A DNA stretch of 44,680 nt from Klebsormidium nitens (lineage: Eukaryota > Plantae > Klebsormidiophyceae): the NCBI GenBank assembly GCA_000708835.1, contig DF237622.1, forward strand, positions 1-44,680. The letters run 5' to 3'. Made by a program: the position numbers and the translations under genes. The notes under the pieces were generated by a model. It was not told where the DNA came from and did no database searches. It saw only the letters and a program-made list of their open reading frames with translations. Of the stretch, positions 32,801 to 41,502 are shown piece after piece (the stretch's first letter is position 1; each line of letters begins with the position of its first letter).

Positions 32801-35800
32801 GTTTGTTCCTCCCGTCGCTCAACGTGCTCGGGGCTCTTGGCTTCGGGAGGGCAATCAAAAGCGATGTTGCTTAGGTTCAGATTTCATGTTGACCAAGGGC
32901 ATGTTGACTAAGAAAACACAGCACGGGTAGGGTTGGTTTGGGGGTTGGGGTGGGTACGGGTGCGGAGCGTGTGTCATTTATTGGTCTAGGTTTTTGGAAT
33001 AGTTCGTGCCCGAGCACGATCCTTAGTCAACATGCGCTTAGTCAACATGAAATCGAGAAAAATCGATGCTGCGGCCCGATTCATTGTGGCCCAAGGTTTG
33101 GACGGACAGATTGCGGTCCGGTATGGCCTTGGAGTATTCAAGTTGTCTTTGCTTGAAGTTCCGGGCCTGACTATCTGAGTGTAGATTTTTATGCAGTCGT
33201 TTCGGGCGTCGAAAAGTTGCTTCGTCGACGAGAGTCGTATCATTTTGATATCTGCTCGCCTTCATTTCTTGTTGGAAAGCACCCTCAAAGTATCAATTCG
33301 ATCACACGTAATGAAACAGAGGCCCAAAGAGATAAAAGCGGGGATGTCGTTGATCTTTGTTAGCAAAGATGTAACCAAGAATAACGCAGACAAACCAAGT
33401 CTATTTTTCACAACTTGTTGAACGCCGGTTATCTTGACCGCAGGTGGGTGCGGACGGCGGCCGATCGAGGGTGCGCTCTCTCGCCGGGTTACGAACGGTC
33501 GGATGGCAGTACGGTCAGCGAGGCCTTGTGGCAACGGTAGTGACAGACAGGGAACATAGCACCGCCTGGCAACGCTTCCTGCCAACAGGGCCCTTAGCAC
33601 TGCTTCCGGTGAGCAAGGAAAAAATCGTTGGCGCCCGGCTGTTTGAGCTTCTCAACGTCCATGCTTCAGAATTTCGTTCGTGTGCGTTGGTCTGCTTCTG
33701 CAAGGCTCGTTACAAGTGGAATCCCGTATATGTTCAGCTGCTCTTGGAATTGGCCTTTCAAGCTGTCGAAAAGTAGCGAAGAGGTTGCCGTATGACGTAC
33801 GGTGATAAGTTCTTCGACATCGGCTGATGATTATCACAATATTTGAGATATCTGAAATCGGCAAGCCAAGCGGCCCCTTGTCGAGTTAGGGTTTTGGTCA
33901 CCAAAGATTGATATGTGCAGCTCGGTGCAGGCTTTGCAAGTAATCAGAAAATCTCTGCGGCCTGAAGCCATCTCTAGATTGAGCACGGTGTTACCAATAA
34001 GAAATTCTGCATTGTGAGATCAGATACTGTTGATCCTACCCCGCTCTACTAATCCGTTTTCAGTACATAACCAGCCTTTTTCTAAAGTGTCCGTTCATAT
34101 CATCGACTTCCTGACGTCATCGTCCAGATGGGCGGCCACTACAGCAACATCGTATGGTCGACGACCGAGTCCCACGCCCGCGCTCTAGAATCGATGCCGC
34201 ACTCCGACTTCGCCGCTGCCGTCAACAGGGCCCTTTCTGAAGAGCACGCCCCCCAGCCCCCTTCCTCCGTTTCCAGCTTCCTGCCCGCTCTCCCCTTTCT
34301 GGGGGGGTCCTCTGCCGGGGGTTTCCAACCCCCCCCGCGAGTGGTGGAAGCCGTGGGGCGGAGGGCCTCGTTTCCGCTGTCGTTGGTGCACTCCGGGAAG
34401 TACGTGCAGCCGAGGCTGGCGCTCATTGGGTGAGTTGCGGGGCCTTCTGCAAAGCGTGTGCGTGACGAGGATCCTTTTGCGGACCTTAAAGCGTCCGTTT
34501 GTTGGACATTCCGCTTTTCGTTTTGGTTCATTGGTTCAGTCCGGTCCTGGTTCCACAGAAAGAGATTACGAAACGCTAAAATAATGAGAAGGATAATCAA
34601 AGCCTTGCAAATTGGACAGGAGTTCCGGCGGACAGCAGACGTCCGTACTTCCGTATACTTTCGCGACCGGAATCTTTAAACCTGACCTTTGTGGGGCCGA
34701 GAGGGGCGATGAAGCTTGCTTTTATTGTATCTCGAGCCCAGAGATGTAGGTCGACGTGAAGTTACCGGCTTCTACTCAAGGGTCAACTCACGCATGATGG
34801 TAGGCGCCGAAAGCCAGCTCGATTGGCTTGCTTCATCAGTCACTTCGGCTCGAAGAGTTCCTGTGCCATCCGCCATTAGTACCTGAAGTACCCTGAGGGT
34901 CGTGTTTGCAGGGACGCCGCTCACTCGGTCCACCCGCTCGCCGGTCAGGGCGTCAACCTCGGGTTTGGCGACGCACAGGCGCTGGCCGCCGTCATCGCCA
35001 AGGGGGTGTCTACGGGGAGGGACATCGGTGAGCGTCGTTCCCGCAGAACAATCGGCTTTGCATCGTGAGACTAGCCTTTCCGCTGGTTGACTGGTTTCAT
35101 GGGTAAATTTGCGTGATTTCTATGAAGCAACTCCTTCGTTGGCTGGCCGCTCATGGGCGTTGCCGAAACGTGTTGCTGGCGGCCGCACCGGATGTTCCTA
35201 ACAGTTGCCTTGGACTCTCCTTATGCTATTTTGACAAGCGAGGGTTATCGCGTCCCATCCCTTACGCTCTCGACTGATCGGAAGGGTCGCCGCAAAGCGC
35301 TGCGACGATAGATTCTCGTCAAGTCAGCTTTGTTCGCTAAAGGATAAGTTTCTCATGCCCACTGCTGGCGAACCAGAGGACGACGATGCGATTTGTCGGG
35401 TCGCCTGCTTATGCCTTCCCTATCACCGCTAAATCTGGTTCGAGGGCAAGCCGGGTCTCGTGGACGAGTGCAAGTCACAACAACGGGCGGTTAAGGGTGG
35501 CAGTCTCCATTTACGTCAACGGGAAGTTCGCTATCTCGTTCCTCAGCGACCAAAAGACACAGATTGCCACCTGTCATGTCGCCCAACCTGACGTCTCCGC
35601 CCAACATGATTTCTTTTAAACTGGATTTTATGGCGAAAGCCAACCTGACGGTTATGACGTTTCCAAGGAAAACGCAGGCGAGCTGGGTGTTTTGGAAGAA
35701 TGCAAACAGAGCGGGGCGCGGTCAACCTGATCTCCTCATCGAAGAGAGATTCGTTACCGTCGACTTGTCAGCAAACAGTAGACAGGGATGTCACTTGTCA

Positions 35801-37016
35801 TGTGGCCTGATTTTTTGATTTTCTTGATTTATCGTTTTTGCCCGCAGGCGATCTGGGTCTCCTGGAAGAATAAGGAGGGGAAGCGGCGGGCGACTAAGCT
35901 GAGCATGATGGCCGCACTCTAACGTGAAAAAAACATTTCTCCTTTTCCTTTTCCGGGCGACTAGAAAGATAAGGCCACTCAGGATGTCGCCTTAATCAAG
36001 TGTCTTTGCCTGCAGGCGAGCTGGGTCTCCTGGAAGAGTATGAAGCAGAGCGGCGGGCGGCCAACTTGGGCATGATGGCCGCGCTCGACGGGCTTCAACG
36101 CCTTTTCCACGCCCAATCTGCGCCCGTCGCTCTCGCGCGCAACCTCGGATTGGACCTCGTGCAGTGGTTGACACCTGTCAAGGTGAGCCATGCTAAACTG
36201 GCGTGACGAAAGCATCGTCATTCCTCTTGAGGTTCCAGGCTCTCTTTGGACATCGAGTGTGGCTGCTAAAAGCTTGGAATCTTGCGATTTCAGCGTTGAT
36301 GGCGACTTGCGTGAGCTATACCAGGACAATTGGGTCGCCGGTTCGCAACCTAGGGCTGATACTTGTGTGACGGCTGACGTCTTTCTAGGTGAGCAGAGTC
36401 GATTTGTCATGATTCAAGAGTTTGTAGGGCTGCTGTGACGGGAGCGATTCGCGTGCTTTTTATCGGACGGCAGAGTCGCCTGTTCTGCTCGCCGGCAAAC
36501 TCGGGCTGGCGCTGGCGCATGGCTGGCATCCGTCAAAACAACCAAGATCTGCTGACGTGTGTTTTGCACGTCCGGTTGTGCTGACGCTAACACTAGAAAG
36601 TAGCGGCAGCTTAAGGGACGACACAGGCTACTGGTTCCCCCCTAAAGATCCAGGTCTGTGCTGCGTGGGCCAACGTTGGCCGCCGTTATGTAATGAAATC
36701 CGAGAATGCACGAGGGTTGTGAATTCTTACACGATGAGTTTCGGTTTTCCAACTGGAAGGTGCTTATGAGAAGTTTTTGCAGAGTTCTGTTGTGGATTGC
36801 AATTCGCGGGGAAGACTTGACGAGACACACTGTCAATGTTCCGTAGCATGGGTGCCGCTTGTGGCTTTCCAGTCATGTTAGGCCTTAGCAGCCATAATTA
36901 GCGGACGCAGTGAGTCGAAAGTATCTAATGGGACAAATTGTATTGATCCTGCCCACATGTCTGTCTTGCAGAAACGGATCATGTCGTATGCGATGGGAAT
37001 GGAGCCCGTGCGCTGA
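29838..37016 (+). CDS. COQ6: Ubiquinone biosynthesis FAD monooxygenase COQ6 (UbiH/COQ6 family), ~472 aa
   Basis: Exons: 29838-29846 (start uncertain, MPQ), 30169-30274, 30563-30706, 31195-31253, 31616-31683, 32377-32614, 33444-33608, 34128-34429, 34912-35027, 36016-36182, 36972-37016; phases compatible. Motifs: YDVVVVGGGMVGAALA (Rossmann), RVSAVTP, GHVVENRVL, LVVGADG, AWQRFLPTGPLALLP, LIGDAAHSVHPLAGQGVNLG. The N-terminal RALST resembles a mitochondrial presequence. Confidence 0.93.
32880..33054. mobile_element. 175-bp inverted-repeat element with G-rich core in a COQ6 intron
   Basis: Arms 32880-32912 and 33022-33054 match at 31/33, and each holds two CATGTTGAC(C/T)AAG sub-repeats. The core has GGGTAGGGTTGGTTTGGGGGTTGGGGTGGGTACGGG. 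No clear TSD. Confidence 0.6.
35675..35920 (+). repeat. Two intronic copies of the COQ6 exon-10 head
   Basis: CAG|GCGA(G/T)CTGGGT copies start at 35678 and 35848; the real exon starts at 36016 (spacing 170, 168). First 22 nt match at 19/22 and 21/22. Both copies reach in-frame stops. Confidence 0.9.
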
Positions 37017-38246
37017 AGCATCTGCTTCTTGGCAAGCTGCTCGGACCTCGACAATTAAACGAATAGACGTGTCGGAAACTCTACTGTAGCATGATTGAGT
37101 TTTTGAAGGGGCTTTGAACTGCATCGCCGAGACACCCGGGAGACACAGCGTGTGGCTCATGCAGTTAAAAAGAGGTGTTCGGCAAAAGCTCGAAGAGAGA
37201 TCAGGCGGATGCGGATCATTTAGTCATATTCCAAGCTGCATACTCGATCGTTCAATCACATTCATTGGACTGCTCTCATGGAAAGTCAACGAGTTGATGC
37301 TGCGATGTCTTGACGCAGTCTCTGGGTGGCCCGTCTCTGAAACATACATTGTAAAGATGACACGACTCTGCCGACGGTCGGCGCTGGCATGCCATCTTCA
37401 ATTATTAGGCATTATTGTCGTCCAGCTCGGTCGATAACATGATCAGGGCCTGGCCGGAAAACATGTTTGGACACTGACATGGATTGATTTGACGCATCAT
37501 GTCGGTTCCAATTGAAATGAAGCCTTGCAATATTGTTCAGCTTGCGTGCTGCAAAGCTGGGTACGCAGCCCATGCACAGTAGTCAGCCTTAACAATACAA
37601 TTGTTGCTTAAAATCAGTACGAGTTGTCATGCTTGAAGCACACGGAACTCAGAGACAGTCCCATATATAACCTTCCGCTCATGCATGCTCTGTCAGTTGC
37701 TGTCACCTTCCACTTTCGTCGTGGGAAAGAGTTGAAAAGGTGACCGCAAATGGAATAGAAATTAAAGTCCCAGGCTCTAGTTGATGCAGCAAGCCCCTGG
37801 CATCCATGGTCGGCAGCTTTTGACTCGGCCCTACGTACAACCAGGCGACTCAGAAGGGCAAATTGAGTTCTGGCCCGCAAAGCTGCGGATCTTCAGCTCG
37901 AGTGTCTTGAGAGCATTCACTGGTTGCATTTTTGGTCACGCAACTGCGCATTGTGCAACTGCACAACTGGCCAGACGGTAAGCTCGGTAACTTCCCGGGG
38001 TGCCAAGGCCTCTGCCAAGGCACTGCCAACGTTCCTCCTAAAGTTATGCACAAAGAGGTCGGGCGCGCTCAGGCGCGCTCATCTTTCCCTACTACTTCTA
38101 AAACATGGCCCCACGGGATTCGAAGGAGTTCGCGCGCTGTCCGCGGACCCTTCGAAGGGTTTGGCGCGGCCGCCTCGCGCCCGGCGCGGGCCGCCCACGC
38201 GGGAAGCTCCGACGCGGCTCTTCAACGTACTTCAACCAGCAGAGTA

Positions 38247-38583
38247 CATAACTTTGCTAGTTTTCTGAACTACGTCATCGGTGACATCAGCGCTACCAGT
38301 GGTGGGGTACGGTACCCGTCGGTATGGTTGGTACCGCCAGGTTTCACTGGGTGCGGTGAAGTGCTCGGGGCAAATTCCGGCTACAATGAGGGCAAACCTG
38401 TGATCTTGGTGGGGTTAGCTGGGGGGTTAGGGTGGGTAAGGGTGCGCTCTGGCGGAACGCCTTAGGGTTTGTCAAAAACCGGGTTACTGCTCAATATTTA
38501 CCTTTAGGGTTTTAGTGTGCGTTAGGAGGTTAACCCTGTGTGACATCATCAGTGACGCATATCGTAAGACTAGCAAACTTACG
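38247..38583. mobile_element. MITE-like element (337 bp, degenerate ~45-bp TIRs, TA flanks) with telomere-like G-rich interior
   Basis: Left end CATAACTTTGCTAGTTTTCTGAACTACGTCATCGGTGACATCA versus reverse complement of the right end CGTAAGTTTGCTAGTCTTACGATATGCGTCACTGATGATGTCA. TA lies at 38245-38246 and 38584-38585. The interior has several TTAGGG/TTTAGGG words. Confidence 0.65.
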
Positions 38584-38710
38584 TACCTACGTCACTTCAA
38601 CTTAGTTGTTGCGCTCGTCTCAATCAGGAGCCCGGAAGCGATTCTTGACGCATCGTTTGCGCCTGGCGGCTTTCTAAGCTGCATTCTCAGAGACTCCCTA
38701 AGCTTTGCGG

Positions 38711-40215
38711 ATGGAAATGCTTGGGAAACGTGCATCTCCTGAGGTCGCTTCGACGTCTGATGTGGCCCTTCTTGTGAATTCCTTCACGGAGCTTGAGTTG
38801 AGCAGAGACGGCCGCAAGACCTTGACGGCAGAGGTTTTGAAGACGCTGGACGAGGAAGTGACCTTTCTAGTGCGTTCGTCGGTGTCCCGTGGCAAGTACT
38901 ATGGCTGCTCATGGAGCAAGGCCATGCTGGAAGGTGAGCGCATCATCTGACGAATCACATTAGGGTGCGCGTCGACCGAAAAGCTGCAAAACTTACGCTT
39001 TCCAGACTTCTTAGCCAATCGGATGACTTTTCAGATCCACGTGGTAACCCAAGGTACATACCAGAGGAGTAATATGGCTTGGAAAGTTATCGTACCTCTT
39101 ACCTATCGGTACTACAAAGGCAACACTGGAGGCCAAGTGGGATTTCGGTCGACGCGCAACCTTAGTGACCGCCCGAGTGTTTGTTCTGTACCCACTGGCA
39201 CAAGGTGTTTGCAGCTCAAGACATTACGTCGTACAAATAAGTACTCGAAGATGTTGAGAAAGCAGTCTGTGTTTGCAGCATTAGATCCGTCCGTGTGGCC
39301 CCTGCTGGACGTACACAAGGCGTTTCGAGCAAGTAGGGTGAGTCCGAAAGGTTGCTTATCAGTGCACAGGCTCTTGAGACGTCAACATCAGTGTTTGATA
39401 GAAACAAGGAAGCGTGGAGGTGCCCTCCGCTCAGTGCTCTGCTTTTGCTGTGGCTGAGGCTAGTGTGCTATTGGCCTTTCTAAGATTGTACATGGTATCC
39501 CACACCCTGCTTCTTCATGATAAGGTCAGTGTGCGGCCCAGTGAGTGGAGCCGTCCTCTATGCCTACGATTGGACAGGCGGCACTATCCATCGGGGCTCC
39601 TCAGCAAGTATTCATTGTGACTTGTCGGCTTAGTACGCCTGGACTTGTGTAAATTTCTGCCTTCAGATCAAGCCCATTGCAGAGCAGGGGCAAGAAGCCC
39701 TTCCTCTGACTAGGCGTGTAATTGATGGCGAGTCAAGCAAAGAGGCAAGTCCTTGTCATCCTGAGTGTATGCAACGAACTAGGTTTCAATCGTGGGGTGT
39801 TCGCTTGTATGGCCGGTCAGATATACGTGAGAGAGTGCGGAGGATTGCGTTTGAAGTCCTCAAAAAAGGGACCTTCCACTAAGGCCTACGTTTGTGCAAG
39901 TCATTGCTGTGCAAGTGCCTGATGGCGATCCCCTGATGCATCATGCAACTTCAAGCCTTAAGTGAAGACCGACAAGCACCCAGGCCGCATGGCTTGGAAG
40001 AGACCGGGGAGAAGAGATGGTAGCTTCATTCTCTTCAGGTTCTTGCCAACGTCGTTGTCCTTGCGCCGCTCCTAGCCCTTGACGACGTTGAAATTGCATT
40101 GCTCCATCAAGGAGTCTTGGGAAAGACTCGGGGCAGCCCCATGGGCCCTACAGACTTCATGGAAGCAACAACCTCCCAGCTCATACATGTCGAACTCGTA
40201 GCGAGCGCCCTGAAG
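38711..40215 (+). CDS. Hypothetical multi-exon protein of unknown family (partial model)
   Basis: Open segments bounded by canonical splice sites with compatible phases: 38711-38933 (MEMLGKRASPEV...KAMLE|GTGAG), 39006-39337, 39435-39524, 40039-40215 (VLANVVVLAPLL...VASALK|GTAAG). An exon between 39525 and 40038 and the terminal exon (candidate 40375-40539) are unresolved. No motif recognised. Confidence 0.45.
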
Positions 40216-41502
40216 GTAAGGTGCCTTCAACAGTCATGCTACATTGCAGCTCTATCGACTTGGCAGGTTGAACCCCTTTGCCGCAAGCCTGAAGATTTTT
40301 CTCTGAGCCCCTCTTCCTATGATTGTTGGTCGCATCATTGTCGGTTGACGCCTTGACAAGCTCGACGGGTCAAGGTTGTGTGCATGGTTATAGTAGCACC
40401 AGATGCTGTTACTTATAAGCATAGCGATGACACCCCTAGCTGGTCAGCCCAGAGGCCCAGAGATGCTCTCTGTGCGAGCACCAAGAGTACGTTGACCGCA
40501 CGTCTGGATAGTCGATCTCAGACTGCTTATGTTAGATGATTCGGAATGAGTTGCACGAGAGACCGGTTGAATTTGAGCGTCATTTCTTGCTGTGGCAGAT
40601 TGAAGGCATGAGAGAAGCCATCGATGTGGTCCTCACATTGAGGGGGGCGTATGCGCCAAAGAAGCGACGTCAAGAGATGTCTTAGAAAAGCATGGGGTAG
40701 TAAGGAGAGCTGGAGGTGAGACAGAGGCAGCACTGTGTGGTGATTTGTGGGAACATAATCATTATTATGTTTGCTCAGCAAAACCGGGTGCCAGAGCTGT
40801 TGTACAATAGCAACCCGGTGCCTGCGACGGTGAGGTCACCGCGATACTCCGCGCCGGTGCCAATGATGAGGATCACGAGTTATGGTTGTATTCATGCTAA
40901 TAACTTCTCTTCATCGGACTTATAACACGATCGTCGAATCCGGCCATGCATTTGCACATGTTTGCTATTTGTTGATGACAGTTCAAAAACTCGTGCAATA
41001 TGATGTGCACGCGGGTGACCAGGGCTGTCACGGCCGGCCGGTCGATCATTGAAGGGAGCGCCTATCAAACCCTGTGAGAGCTGCCACAAAGCATCATATG
41101 ACTAGCTTCATGTGCCGCGTCATTGCTAGAGACGATTGATGCAAGAGGCGATTGCAAGGGAACTTATGCAAAGCCTGGCGTCCAACTCACGTCTGTAGAA
41201 CTTCAGCGGGCCCGACTTGCCTTTCGGATTTAAATCAGAGGCACTCTCGCTTTTCCAGCCGCCGACGTGCCCATGCCTATATTGCAGCGAATCCAAGCAA
41301 GAGTCACAAGTCCCAACTGAAATCAAACCAACACGAGCCTGTCCATGATTCGGCAACATCGGGAATACATTTTCATAAGAGCGGTCAGGCTCAGCTTTTC
41401 TTTGCAGACGTCGGACGACCATGTCAAACCCCAAGCGTATGAAGCAAGAGACCACGTGTTGCATTTGGAAAGGGCCGCAGCTCAATCTGGTTAACGACTG
41501 CG

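Noticed and set aside
38105-38135. tRNA or SINE 3' end on the minus strand (TTCGAATCCCGTGGGGCCA)
   Set aside because: The T-arm stem does not pair (ACTCC versus CCCGT), and no A-box or cloverleaf is found.
38411-38515. Telomere or interstitial telomeric array
   Set aside because: Only scattered TTAGGG/TTTAGGG words inside an inverted-repeat element, not a tandem array.
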